A DNA stretch of 63,344 bases, counting the filler, from Octopus bimaculoides (lineage: Eukaryota): assembly GCF_001194135.2 (NCBI RefSeq). It is 5 parts of 5 records of this genome, joined end to end, with 100 filler letters (N's around TTAATTAATTAA, not from the genome) between each part and the next. Parts side by side here need not be neighbours in the genome. Positions count along the whole stretch, not along the records: positions 1 to 26,197 come from NC_068987.1; 4 more parts are not named here. One strand, 5' to 3'. This document shows, in pieces, positions 1 to 13,064 of the stretch. A program made the position numbers and the translations under genes. The notes under the pieces are model-generated. The model saw only the letters and a program-made list of their open reading frames with translations, had not been told where the DNA came from and did no database searches. The stretch's first letter is position 1; each line of letters starts with the position of its first letter.

Positions 1-122
1 ATATACATCCATACATACATATATATAAATTCAATAATAGGACAAATTCTTTTACAAGAATTTATCAAGTAGCTAGCGTGAAAAAACCTCATAAGGGAAA
101 AAATCCATCATTTATTCCCGAA

Positions 123-303
123 ATATATATTTATATAAGGGCATTACTATACAATAACGCCTCATGCCATGAGGGACTCTAAGGTCAGACTACTATAAAA
201 AGCACATTTTTACCGAATGCGTGCTTTTTATAGTAGTCTGACCTTAGAGTCCCTCATGGCGTGAGGCATTATTGTAAAGTAATGCCCTTATATAAATATA
301 CAT
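123..303. mobile_element. Foldback MITE-like element (~80-bp arms, 15-nt spacer)
   Basis: The left arm 123-205 (tatataagggcattac...tataaaaagcac) and right arm 221-303 are near-perfect reverse complements with ~3 mismatches. Confidence 0.85.
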
Positions 304-1151
304 ACATATATATATATATATATATATCCGCACACACAGATATATATGTACATATGTACACACACTCATACATAGATTTGTGAATGATAAGTTGAAATGT
401 TCCTTTTCCTATACACTAGCATACATACACACACATACACGCTGAAGAAATGCAGTTTCACCAGACTCAAACAGTAGTTAGTAAGTGGCTTACAATGTTT
501 TCCACTATGTGACAAACTGGACGAACACACACATGCCTCCATGCATTCGCACATGTACAAACATACATTACACATCCAGTGAAGCTTATTCAGTCTTTCT
601 TAACCTTATCTTTCATAAATCTACTACATGCAAGGATCAAGGCACACTACTATGCAACACCAAGTAGCATATAATCTGCTCCCTTCTCTTAGACAGAGAT
701 AAATCCTTTGTTATCAGCAGAGGTAGTCACAATCTGAAGGTTTTCATTTTATTTCTTACTCTGGCTACAGTTCTTCCAATACATCCACCTACACAACTAT
801 TAGCTACTTCTAACAAGCTTTCTGAGCACTTGAAGGAATTCATTCCTTGTGTATTCTTACAACAGATTATTCTTTGCACTTCAGTAAGAAATATTATCCG
901 TCATATAAGGAAACACTTTATAAACAGATTACGCCGTCAAATCAACACAGATTGCATAACAAATGTAAAAGATGCAGGTATAACTGTGTTGTAAGATGGT
1001 CGCTTCGAAACTAAATGGTTCTGGGTTCAGTCCCTCTGCATGGCACCTTGGGCAAGTGTCCTCTACTATAGCTTCAGGCCGACCTAAGCCTTGTGAGTGG
1101 ATTTGGTAGACAGAAACTGAAAGAAGCCTGTCATGTATATATATATATATA

Positions 1152-1361
1152 TATGGGAGAATATACAAAAAATAACAACAGACGAGGACAGGTGGTGTAA
1201 ATAACAAAAGTATATATTAGTATGACGCTCGGGAATACGGAAAGTCTTTGACGTTTCGAGCTACGCTCTTCAACAGAAAGAATACGGAGACAAGGAGAAA
1301 AAACACGGAGAAAAAAAATTGAATAGTGTTCAGTCAACGGTCAATCATAATAATGGCCGAT
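1152..1361 (-). mobile_element. Short dispersed repeat with hammerhead-like motif (putative non-autonomous PLE derivative), copy 1
   Basis: It is near-identical over ~130 bp to 39740-39875 (inverted) and similar to 31560-31740. The minus strand contains TCTTT-CTGTTGAA-GAGC-GTA-GCTC-GAAACGTC-AAAGA. Confidence 0.65.
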
Positions 1362-1443
1362 NNNNNNNNNNNNNNNNNNNNNNNNNNNNNNNNNNNNNNN
1401 NNNNNNNNNNNNNNNNNNNNNNNNNNNNNNNNNNNNNNNNNNN

Positions 1444-1479
<36 letters not shown>

Positions 1480-1614
1480 CACTAGTGTAGCAATAATTGG
1501 GTACCCTCCCAGCAGTATACTGGATAGATACTATCCCTTAGTGGGTTGAACCCCCAACCCCTAACTCTCTCACGTTATATATATATATATATTTATGTGT
1601 GTGTGTGTCTTTTT

Positions 1615-2143
1615 CTTTGTGTTTGTCCCCCCACCATTGCTTGACAACCAATGTTGGTGTGTTTATGTCCCCAAAGAGGGCAATAGAATAAGCACTGGGC
1701 TTACAAGGAATAAGTCCTGGGGTCGATTTCTTCAACTAAAGGCAGTGCTCCAGTATGGCTGCAGTCAAATGATTGAAACAAGTAGAAGAATAAAGAATAA
1801 AAAACTAGGTACAGGCATGGCTGTGTGGTAAGAAGCTTACTTCCCAACCACATGGTGCCGAGTTCAGTCCCACTGCATTGCGCCTTGGGTATCTTCTACT
1901 ATAGCCTCGGGTTGGCCAAAGCCTTGTGAGTGGATTTGGCAAATGGAAACTGAAAGAAGCCCGTCATTGCCTTTGTGTCTGTGTTTTTCCTCATATCACC
2001 ACTTGACAACTGGCATTGATGTGTTTACATCCTCATAACTTAGCAATTCAGCAAAAGAGAATGACAGAATAAGTACTAGGCTTACAAAGAATAAGTCCTG
2101 GGGTTGATTTGTTTGACTAAAACCCTCCAAGGTGGCGTTCCAG
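1615..2143 (+). mobile_element. SINE family A: 3' half (1615-1800) followed by a second copy (1807-2143)
   Basis: Both segments match the family A consensus. Another 5' half lies at ~969-1140. Confidence 0.8.
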
Positions 2144-2196
2144 CATACATACACACATACATACATACATTTATTGTGATATATAATTGTATATGG

Positions 2197-2422
2197 TATA
2201 ATTATACTTAAGGGCACAGAAGCTACCATGCTTATATGCTGAATACATCCAACCACTTCAAATATTCACTCCACATATATACACAGGTTCAATTATTTTA
2301 TGAATTTTTAGTCAGTCTTTTTTCCTACTTTCAATGTGTGTATACACATGGAGTGGGACGTATTTGGCATCTACTTTCAGCATATAGGTATGGTAGATTC
2401 TGTGCCCTCAAGTATAATTGTA
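2197..2422. mobile_element. MITE-like element with ~45-bp diverged TIRs
   Basis: The left end atacttaagggcacagaagctaccatgcttatatgctgaa matches the reverse complement of the right end, atacttgagggcacagaatctaccatacctatatgctgaa. Confidence 0.75.
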
Positions 2423-2562
2423 CCCCATACAACTATTTATCTCTATATATGTATTTTACGTTAAATATTTTTTTATATGCTGTCCACTGATAAAATTCAT
2501 TAATTTTAATGATTTTATCCTTTAATTATGTTTACACACATTTACATATATATATATGTAAA

Positions 2563-2839
2563 GACATTCGAGCGAGTTTGTTGCCAGTACTGCTGGACTG
2601 GCTCCTGTGCAGGAGGCCGTTGCCAGTACCGCCTGACTGGCCTTCATGCTGGTGGCACGTAAAAGCACCCACTACACTCTCTGAGTGGTTGGCGTTAGGA
2701 AGGGCATCCAGCTGTAGAAACGCTGCCAAATCAGATTGGAGCCTGGAGTAGCCATCTGGTTTCACCAGTCCTCAGTCAAATCGTCCAACCCATGCTAGCA
2801 TGGAAAACGGACGTTAAACAACGATGATGATGATGATGA

Positions 2840-2843
<4 letters not shown>
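2563..2843 (+). mobile_element. Short retroposon family B with (GAT)n tail (RTE-like 3' end)
   Basis: It reads ctacactctctgagtggttggcgttagga.gggcatccagctgtagaaac...catgctagcatggaaa.cggacgttaaac(gat)n. Copies lie at ~3760-3975(+), 5393-5562(+), 12235-12410(+) and 37710-37915(+). Confidence 0.82.
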
Positions 2844-2878
<35 letters not shown>

Positions 2879-3365
2879 TATATACATACACACACACATG
2901 CACACACACACATATTAAATGGGATCATTTTACCAGGGTCACGACACAGTTGTCTGTTATGCACCATGACCAACTATTATTCAATGACTTGTGATGCAAC
3001 ATTGTGCAGGTGTTGGTTCACACTTGTGTTACCTCTTTCATACACTAACAATTATATCTACTGGAAAATAATACTGTTCACTCATGCATGCAAGTATGCA
3101 TACAATTTATCGTTATTTGATATAATATTTATAATCAATCCCTTGCTTAAGCCATTCACAACTGAGTCATGTATCTCTATGTGACCATTTATGACTGGTT
3201 AAACCAGTATTTTACCAACTAGGTGTTTCATACAGTTTCTTCAGTAATATGAATCATATGGAGATAAAAGAAGTGCTTTACATTATATATGTATTTTTTG
3301 TTGTTTTGTTTTAGTTTTCTTTTTACTGTTATCCTAATTTTCTTTTAGTTTAAGCATGCATGTAT

Positions 3366-3430
3366 GAAGAAATTATTGATTTCAGAAAAAATTATTGATT
3401 TCAGAAGAAATTATTGATTTCAGGAATTAT
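3366..3430. repeat. 19-bp minisatellite, ~3.5 copies
   Basis: The unit gaa(g/a)aaattattgatttca is repeated in tandem. Confidence 0.85.
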
Positions 3431-6049
3431 TTCAACTGTCCTTAGATCTTTCTATAGCTTTATTTTTTTTTTTTTCTGTCATATTAGTTGGTTCTTTGAA
3501 TCTCTGTATCTCAGTTGAAAGAAGTCATTCCGGATTAAAAAGGATCCTTTCTTGTCGAATTACAAATTTAAATACAAAGAAGATTTTTTCCTTTCTTAGG
3601 TAACATTAACTTGATCCAGTGTTTGTAACGAGCACTGGATTAAGACCCATAGAGACTCTAAGCACAAAGATTTTGGTGCCCCCATATATGTGTAATTCAA
3701 AATATATACATTAATAAACCATAATTTTTTTTTTTTTTTTTGCACGTAAAAAACACCTTTTGAGCGAGACTGTTGCCAGTACCGTGTGACTGGCCCTCGT
3801 GCTGGTGGCACGTAAAAGCACTCACTACACTCTCAGAGTGGTTGGCGTTAGGAAGGGCATCCAGCTGTAGAAACTCTGCCAGATCAGATTGGAGCCTGGC
3901 TTGCCAGTCCTCAGTCAAATCGTCCAACCCATGCTAGCATGGAAAGCGGACATTAAACGATGATGATGATGATGAAACAAAGCTAACAGTAAGATGGAAA
4001 ATAATTATTTTTGTATACTTCTACTTTATTTATATTTAAAAAGTTTTCTCCTACTTTTTTTTAATTGCAATGTCTTTGATCACATCCTCAAAATTAATCC
4101 TACATAACACTATCTATTTCTAAACTTAGTAGAAATAAGTTTTCCCGGATATTATTTTAGTAAGTTTAGGGTGATCTCTTTTATGCTGTAAACTATTTAC
4201 CATTTGTGTGGTACCCCACCTTCCTTTGATGCCCTAAGCATGTGCTTATTTGTCTTAATGGTTAATCCAGCTCTGTTTGTAACTCAGGAGTAGATGTTCA
4301 GTATATGTTACTACTGATATATTGCAGTAACACATATAATGAGTACAGATCCGCAACAGAGTGAGTAAATCCATTGGACCCACAATATCCATTCATGTGA
4401 AAGGTTGATCCACCACAAAGTCAACTCCTTGTTGCAATGTGGTTGTTTATGGTGCCTCAGTAACACTGAGAACCATGCCAACAGAGCACAAGCTCCTGGT
4501 AGCGTATCTGATGCTGGGCAGGTCAAAGAATAGAGACTGGACTTACAGGGACTGCCTCTTCCCAAGATAAAAATGGTATGTGCTACATTACTGGCAATAC
4601 ATATATATCCTTAATGACATTTTGAAGTGGCTGTGATTTGTATGTATCGTCATCATCATCATTTAACATGTTTTCCGTGCTGGCATGGGTTGGATGGTTT
4701 GACCAGAGCTGTTAAGGCCAGGGACCGCATGAGGTTCCATTGTCTGTTCTGACATGGTTTCTACGGCTGGATACTCTTCCTAAGGCCAACTGCTTCACAG
4801 ATTGTACTGGGTGCTTTTTTAATGTAGCACCAGCACCAGGGCTTTTAATGTGGCACCAGGACAAGTACTTATGTGACATCAGCACCAGTATCAATTCTGC
4901 ATGCATGTATGTTTGTATGTATATACATATATGCATGTATGTTTGTATATATGTATATGTATGTATGTTTGTACGTACATATGTATGTATGTATGTATGT
5001 ATGTATGCATGCATGCATGCATGTATGTATGTGTATCATTTTTTTTATTATTCTTATACCCTTCCTATAAGAAAGGAGCCTCTTTCTAACAAAACAAAAA
5101 TCAAAGTTCCATTTGGATAACAAAATCAATAACTATTACTCAATGAATATATTGAACTTTGAATTTTCTAGTATTTTTTAATTTATCAGATATACAGACT
5201 GTATTTGCTAACTGCATGTGAACTGGTCACTTTCTTTACTGAGAATTCCAGCTTTTCTGGGATTGTCACTTAGACGTTTACTAACTCAACCAACTACACC
5301 AATAAATGCTAATAGATACAAATTTATAATCTGTGTACAGAAGTTGTTAGTAATATATACACACAACCATACATATGCATATACATATACATCTACACTC
5401 TCTGAGTGGTTGGCGTTAGGAAGGGCATCCAGCTGTAGAAACTCTGCCAAATTAGATTGGAGCCTGGTGTTGCCATCCGGTTTCACCAGTCCTCAGTCAA
5501 ATCGTCCAACCCATGCTAGCATGGAAAGCGGACGTTAAACGATGATGATGATGATGGTGATATACATTTATGGCTGTTGTCTGTAAATGTTAGATGTTTG
5601 CATATATATGTATGTATATCTGTATGTATGCGTGTATGAAGGCATAATGGTCTCGTGGTTAGGGTGTTGTGTTCACAATTGCAAGGCCATGGTTTTGATT
5701 CTCAGACCAGGCAATGCCTTGTGTTCTTGAGCAAAACACTTCATTTCACTTTACTCTGTGAACACTTCGACATCAGGCTTGTGACGCACCATCCACCTGT
5801 ACAAACAATGTTGAGTTGATGAAGGGCACAAACATTTGATTACTATAAACAAATCATTTGTTCTGGTTGTTCAGCAAGAAATTGCAAAACCCTCATCTGT
5901 GGTCTACAATAGAGAGGTGAGGGGTATAATAAGTATAAGTGTATTTATTTGTATATGTATGTATATATGTGTGTGTGTGTGTGTATGCATGTATCTGTGA
6001 GTTTATGTACATGTGTATGTGAATGGTTGTACGTATGTACGTACATATG

Positions 6050-6085
<36 letters not shown>

Positions 6086-6259
6086 TGTATGCATGAGTGA
6101 ATGAATGAATGAATGAATAACATAAGGTTTCTGAAAATTATTTCCCTCAAACTGTCTCTTCTTACTTTATAAAAAAAAGAAAAAGATTTCATTCATTCAG
6201 TCAGTCATTCATTCAATATTAGACAGGAAATATAGTTTATCCCAGCCCAGATATATTGT

Positions 6260-6485
6260 TTAACCCTTTTGTTATCAACCCGGCTGAAACCGGCTCTGGC
6301 TCTGAGTACAAATGTCTTGTTTTCATAAGTTTTGAATTAGAATCTTCCACCAAACCTTAGTCACAATTTATGTTCCTAACACTAGCTGAATGATAACTAA
6401 GTTATTTTACTAAATTCTTTGTTATATTTAAAGTAATTGAAATAAATATAGATACAGTAATGAGACACAGTAACGAAAGGGTTGA
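6260..6485. mobile_element. piggyBac-type MITE (TTAA site)
   Basis: TTAA|CCCTTTTGTTA on the left pairs with TAACGAAAGGG|TTGA on the right. A diverged homologue lies on the minus strand near 31960-32110. Confidence 0.65.
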
Positions 6486-7094
6486 GTATCAGACATATAG
6501 ACATAATAAAACCATGTCAACAAGGAGCTAAATACAGAAAGAACCTCTATCCAATACCAGGATATAAATATTAAGATGAAACAGCGATGCAGGGATTGGT
6601 TGGGATAGTCATAAATACTGATGGTATGTGAGTGTATCATAGGGGACATCCACTTCTGATACATAGATGTTGTGTGTGTGTGTGTACACACCTGTGTCTT
6701 TGAAATACTATGCATGCAACTAATCTTTTATCCATCAGCTCAAACCCAACCCATCCACTCATATTTTAGTTTGTTTTCATGGTGGACCATTCCAACAATC
6801 ACTGAAGTTCCCTCTTACATTCTTATCATCATAATAGATAGCCACCGCCATCACCGCCGCCACCAACACGACTTTCATAAAGCTAGTGGAGTGGTGGGAG
6901 TGGTGGACTAACTGGAAACCCTGAGCTGTACTGTTTGTGTGACTGTACTTGAGTCTTTAAAGAAAGGGTTTTAGCCAGAATTAGCACAGTGAACAATAGA
7001 GGTGAGTAGGCTATTGGGGATATTAGGGGTTTTTCTGGGGTCACTCACGGTTAGCAATACCTTAACACAACCTTCTCATATGCATATGTGTTTA

Positions 7095-7127
<33 letters not shown>

Positions 7128-8021
7128 NNNNNNNNNNNNNNNNNNNNNNNNNNNNNNNNNNNNNNNNNNNNNNNNNNNNNNNNNNNNNNNNNNNNNNNNN
7201 NNNNNNNNNNNNNNNNNNNNNNNNNNNNNNNNNNNNNNNNNNNNNNNNNNNNNNNNNNNNNNNNNNNNNNNNNNNNNNNNNNNNNNNNNNNNNNNNNNNN
7301 NNNNNNNNNNNNNNNNNNNNNNNNNNNNNNNNNNNNNNNNNNNNNNNNNNNNNNNNNNNNNNNNNNNNNNNNNNNNNNNNNNNNNNNNNNNNNNNNNNNN
7401 NNNNNNNNNNNNNNNNNNNNNNNNNNNNNNNNNNNNNNNNNNNNNNNNNNNNNNNNNNNNNNNNNNNNNNNNNNNNNNNNNNNNNNNNNNNNNNNNNNNN
7501 NNNNNNNNNNNNNNNNNNNNNNNNNNNNNNNNNNNNNNNNNNNNNNNNNNNNNNNNNNNNNNNNNNNNNNNNNNNNNNNNNNNNNNNNNNNNNNNNNNNN
7601 NNNNNNNNNNNNNNNNNNNNNNNNNNNNNNNNNNNNNNNNNNNNNNNNNNNNNNNNNNNNNNNNNNNNNNNNNNNNNNNNNNNNNNNNNNNNNNNNNNNN
7701 NNNNNNNNNNNNNNNNNNNNNNNNNNNNNNNNNNNNNNNNNNNNNNNNNNNNNNNNNNNNNNNNNNNNNNNNNNNNNNNNNNNNNNNNNNNNNNNNNNNN
7801 NNNNNNNNNNNNNNNNNNNNNNNNNNNNNNNNNNNNNNNNNNNNNNNNNNNNNNNNNNNNNNNNNNNNNNNNNNNNNNNNNNNNNNNNNNNNNNNNNNNN
7901 NNNNNNNNNNNNNNNNNNNNNNNNNNNNNNNNNNNNNNNNNNNNNNNNNNNNNNNNNNNNNNNNNNNNNNNNNNNNNNNNNNNNNNNNNNNNNNNNNNNN
8001 NNNNNNNNNNNNNNNNNNNNN

Positions 8022-8073
<52 letters not shown>

Positions 8074-8105
8074 TATATATAATATATATATGTATGTATG
8101 TATGT

Positions 8106-8545
8106 ATCATCATCATCAATTAATGTCTGTTGTCCATGCTGGCATAGGTTGGACAGTTTGACTGGCCTGGCATGCTGGAAGGCCGCACCAGACTCCAGTC
8201 TAACTTGGTTTTCTATGGTTGGATGCCCTTCCTAACACCGACAACTCCAAGAGTGTAATGGGTGTTTTACGTGCCACTGGCACAGGTGCCATTTACATGA
8301 CACTGAGGTGCTGTTACATGCCCCCAGTATGGGTGCCATTTGCATGACACCGGTATCTGCTATGACTGCAATTTTGGTAATGTTGATGGGTCTTCTCTTC
8401 AAGCATGACATAATACCCAAGGTTTCGGTCATTGCCTCCGTGAGGCCCAACATTCAGAAGGAACTCAGCCATTTTGCCTCTGTGAGGCCCAGCACTCAAA
8501 AAGAACTCAGCCATTTTGCCTCTGTGAGGCCCAACGCTCGAAAAT
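8106..8545 (-). mobile_element. Family B long copy with internal 42-bp tandem repeat
   Basis: It starts with a (CAT)n tail on the plus strand, and gaactcagccattttgcctctgtgaggccc is repeated at 8461 and 8503. Other minus copies lie at ~4648-4870, 16615-16900, 19915-20140 and 22118-22320. Confidence 0.8.
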
Positions 8546-9218
8546 ATGTGTATATGTGTGATGTATGTGTGTGTGTGTATGTGTGTGTGTGTGTATGTGT
8601 GTGTGTACTTATATATATATTGTATATGGGTGTGACTGTATGAAGGAGTAACTGAAATGGCATTTTTGAAAATTTGTGAATTTTTTTAAAACCCTACCTC
8701 CCCCATTCAATATCAATTTTGGCCACTGCTTTTTTTTTTTTTTTTTGCACTAAGCACTTAAAACAATCAGACAACCCTTGAAGGTTAATATAAAAAAAAA
8801 ATTGGGGAAATTACAATCCCCATTTCTATATTTTTAAACAGAAATTTTTTTTAATGTTTTCATTAACCCCACTACCCCACATAAATCCTAAAATTTCGGC
8901 TTGTTTTTTGAAATTTTATTTTATTCAGTTTTAAAATATTGAGAGTCCAAATTTGCAATTTGTTTCTGTTTATAATTTCAAAATAATTTTCAGATAGAAA
9001 GGTAATTTAAGGGAGATTTGGCTGTTGTTTCTAGCACGTCCCACAACACCTGGTATCTTCCTCGTTTCTATGTTGCTCTGACATGTAGTAATGTTTTTTC
9101 AATAATTTTCCCCCATAAACATGATAAATATCTATATAGAGAGAGATCGATGGTTATAGACATAGAGTGGGAAATTTGTAGATCTAAAAGTTGAGTTATT
9201 TCTCACAGCAAATTATAC

Positions 9219-9264
<46 letters not shown>

Positions 9265-9560
9265 TACGGACAACATCCTCTTTGGGACTGATTTCAAGAA
9301 TCAAATTGGTTTTTCTTGAGATGCATCATTTCAAATCCTTTTAGGGCTAAACACACATACATAACCACATATACTCACATTTATACAGTAGATATATTGT
9401 CTCAGGCATGGCTATGTGATTAAGAATCTCACTTTGCAGCCACATAGTTTCCTGTTTTAGTCCCACTGTGTGGCACCTTGGGCAAGTGTCTTCTGCTTTA
9501 GCCCTGGGCCGATTTATGCCTTTTGTGAGTGAATTTGGAAGCCCATAATATATGTATGTA

Positions 9561-10800
9561 TTGGGTTGGTAAAAAAAATCATAGTGTTTTTTAGTTGGTA
9601 GTGTTTAATCATGTGATTTGTTTTATCAGGTGACAGGAACATATGACATATTTTTTCCTGAAAGAGATCTCAACACGTTTTTCTGTTTGGATTTAGTGTG
9701 AATTACTTATTTCTACTGTTCTTACAATAAAATTGAAAATGAAGGAAAATGAAATACATTTTCATCATTTAATGCTCTTTTGTTTCCGGAAAGAAAAAAA
9801 AATGCTGCACAAACAGCATAGAGGATATGTACTGTTTATGAAGATGGTGTCATAGCTGAAATACTGTTCAAAAGTGATTAGCTAGGTTTAGAATTGAAAA
9901 TTTTGACCTGGAAGATTGTGAATGTTCCGGCAGGCCTACAGTCGTTGATAATGAACAAATGAAGACTTTAATAAAAAATAATCTATGTCACAGAACACAA
10001 GACATTGTGGAGATTCTCCACATGTCTCATGTGAGTGTTATAATATATTTAAAAACACTTGGTTACATGAATTGCTATGATGTTTGAGTGCCTCATAACT
10101 TAACGGAAAAAAACTTGATAGAGTGCATTTCTATCTGTGATTCTCTTCTCAGACAAAACAAAAATGATGATAAATGGATTATTTACAACATAAAACAAGA
10201 AAGGTCCTGGGGAAAACAAGATGAACCACCTCCAGTCTCTCTAAAAGCTGGTCTGTATCTGAAGAAGGTGATGCTGTGTATCTGGTGGGATTGGAAGGGC
10301 ATTGTGTATTACAAGCTACTTCCACAAAATCAGACGTTAAATTTATACTATTATTGTTCCCAATTAGACTGATTAAAGGAGACAATTGATGAAAAATATC
10401 TAGAATTAGCCAACCAAAAAGGTGTTGTCTTACATTAGGACAATGCTAGACTGCACATTTCTTTGCAGACCCTGCAGAAATTAGTTGCAGCTTAGGTGGG
10501 ATGTCCTACGCCACCCACCATACGTGCCTGACCTTGCACCCTCAGATTATCATTTATTCCGATCCCTGCAAAATTCTCTTAAAAGGAAGAACTCTGATTC
10601 TTTAAAAGATTGTAAAAACTACTTAGACCAGTTCATAACCTAGAAAGATGCCAAGTTCTGAGAGGATGGGATCACAAAGCTACCTCAAAGATAATGAAAG
10701 GTAGTGGAACAAAATGAGAAATATGTGGTTGAGTAAACTATCTAAATATTGTTAATGAATTTTACTTAAAAAAATGCTACGAGCTTTTTTACCAACCCAA
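9561..10800 (+). mobile_element. Mariner element, full length (1240 bp), decayed transposase (mellifera-like)
   Basis: TIR TTGGGTTGGTAAAAAA is present at both ends with TA flanks. Transposase remnants include VPHNLTEKN, DDKWI, KKVMLCIWWDWKGIVYY, DNAR, HPPY.PDLAPSDYHLFRSLQN. Stops and indels are present, and the ITGD region is partly deleted. Confidence 0.92.
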
Positions 10801-10811
10801 TATATATGAAT

Positions 10812-11185
10812 GGAGGCGCAATGGCCCAGTGGTTAGGGCAGCAGACTCGCGGTCATAGAATTGCGGTTTCGATTCCCAGACCGGGCGCTGTGAGTGTTTA
10901 TTGAGCGAGAACACCTAAAGCTCCACGAGGCTCCGGCAGGGGATGGTGGTGAACCCTGCTGTACTCTTCCACCACAACTTTCTCTCACTCTTACTTCCTG
11001 TTTCTGTTGTGCCTGTAATTCAAAGGGCCAGCCTTGACACGCTGATTATCCCCGAGAACTACATTAAGGGTACACGTGTCTGTGGTGTGCTCAGCCACTT
11101 GCACGTTAATTTCATGAGCAGACTCTTCCGTTGATCGGATCAACTGGAACCCTCGACATCGTAAGCGACGGATTGCCAACAACAA
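10812..11185 (+). mobile_element. tRNA-derived SINE family D with (CAA)n tail
   Basis: It has an A box TGGCCCAGTGG and a B box GGTTTCGATTCC, and ends gattgccaacaacaa. Confidence 0.75.
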
Positions 11186-11562
11186 TATATATGAATGTAT
11201 GTGTATGTTTTTGTTTTTCCTCCATCACCACTTGACAGCCAGTGGGGACTTGTTTACATCTCTGCAACTTAGTTTGGCAAAAGCGGCATATGGAATAAAT
11301 GCCAGACTTGAGAGGAGTTATCAGTTTGGTCAACCTAATTTCAAGCCAGTGTCCCAGCATGGCTGCAGTCCAATGACTGAAAATAGTAAAAGAAAAGAAA
11401 GATATATACAAGTGTGTGAACAAACAAAGGAAAATGGCACTCAGCATATCAGGTTGGAGTTAACATGTATTTGATAACATTTTGACTCAGTTCTGCTTTC
11501 GTGGGCATAGGTCAAGTCCACCTCGTCAGATATATAGCTGTATTTACATTTATGTGTGAGTA

Positions 11563-11611
<49 letters not shown>

Positions 11612-12178
11612 ATGCAATTTCTAAATTTTGTATTAAAGCAACTTATGTACTGGTATCTAAACCACACACACACACACACATGCACGCGCACACACACATA
11701 CACGCGCGCACACACACACACACATGTATGTGTGTATATGCATATATCACACCAGTAGCAATTGCATGGGAAAATGGATGTAAAAAAGTCCATTTTCCCA
11801 TGCTAACATGGCTTTGATAAAACTTATCAAACAGATTTTCCACAGCTAGATACTCTTCCGGCTGTCACTCACCACTTGTTTTTCAAGTGAGGTACTTTTC
11901 ATTCCATTAGTTTTTAGACATCCTCTAAGTTACGGAGAATGTGCTGACTGGAGAATATAAGCAATGTTACCATTTTTGCTCAGGCAGTTGTAATAAAGAT
12001 ACACTGTATCAACATTCACACACACATACACACAACATGATCAAAAATTGATCAAGGCTGTTCTTCATTTTTAGCAATCTTCAGAGAAATAAGTAAATCT
12101 GCTATGTAAATTTGCTAACCTTCATAGGTTACATATACATACATACATACATACATACATACATACATACATACTATA

Positions 12179-12236
<58 letters not shown>

Positions 12237-13004
12237 GGCAAAGTTGCTGAGTTCCTTTCGAGCATTGGGCCTCACAGAGGCAATGACCAAGGCTTTTGGC
12301 ATCGTGTCATGCTTGAGAAGAGGACCTGTCAAGTCAAGCAAAATTGCAGTCATGGCATATACCAGTGTCAAGCAAATGGCATAGACAACGGACTTTAAAT
12401 GATGATGATATATATAACATATATTTCTTTTTCTTTTACTGTTTCACTCATTTGACTGCGGCCATACTGGAACACTGCCTTAATAATATATATAATATAT
12501 ATAATATATATAATGTATAATATATATGATATATAGATATAAAGAGATAGAGAAATTGCAAGCATGATTATGTGGTTAAGAAGTTTACTTCACAACCAAG
12601 TGGCTTTTGGTTCAGTCCCACTGTGCAGCATCTTGTGTTTGTTATGAGCCCTGAACCAAGTTAAGCCTTGTGTGAGAACTTGGTAGATGGAATTCAAAAA
12701 GTAGCCAGTTGATTACATGTTATATTTGTGTTGGTGTCACTCTTTGCCATGACATCACTTGCTAACTGTAAACAATACTTTGCCATGATATACATGGTGA
12801 TGTTTGTTTGTAGTCATCTGTGAAGTCAAATCCAGACTAGAGAAAAAAATATTACCTTACTTGAAAACAGATGAGGATTTGTGACAAGAAGAGTGTCTAC
12901 TCATAGAATTTCTGTTTCAGTAAATCTCATCTGACCTATGCAAACATGGAAAAGTAGCTGTTAAATCAACGGTGATGATAATGAGGGTGGTGGAGGTGGC
13001 AGCA

Positions 13005-13039
<35 letters not shown>

Positions 13040-13064
13040 TGAGTGAGTGAGTGAGTGTATGTGT

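Noticed and set aside
2532-2765. Recurring peptide LQSDLA.FLQLDALPNANHSESV in several ORFs (3697, 5286 etc.)
   Set aside because: It is the antisense translation of the family B repeat and is not a protein family.
4311-4565. 84-aa ORF in unique sequence
   Set aside because: It has no recognisable domain and no convincing flanking acceptor, so it is not supportable as an exon.
7002-8161. Long ORFs of 300+ aa spanning N runs (also 27.1-28.1, 29.0-30.0, 32.8-33.9, 47.0-47.8, 50.4-51.1 and 61.6-62.7 kb)
   Set aside because: These are artefacts of translating gaps as X plus flanking (TA)n. They carry no coding evidence.
10812-10885. tRNA-like sequence with A/B boxes (also the heads of SINE families A, C and E)
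   Set aside because: These continue into SINE bodies and tails and lack a convincing cloverleaf/acceptor stem, so they are SINE heads and not tRNA genes.
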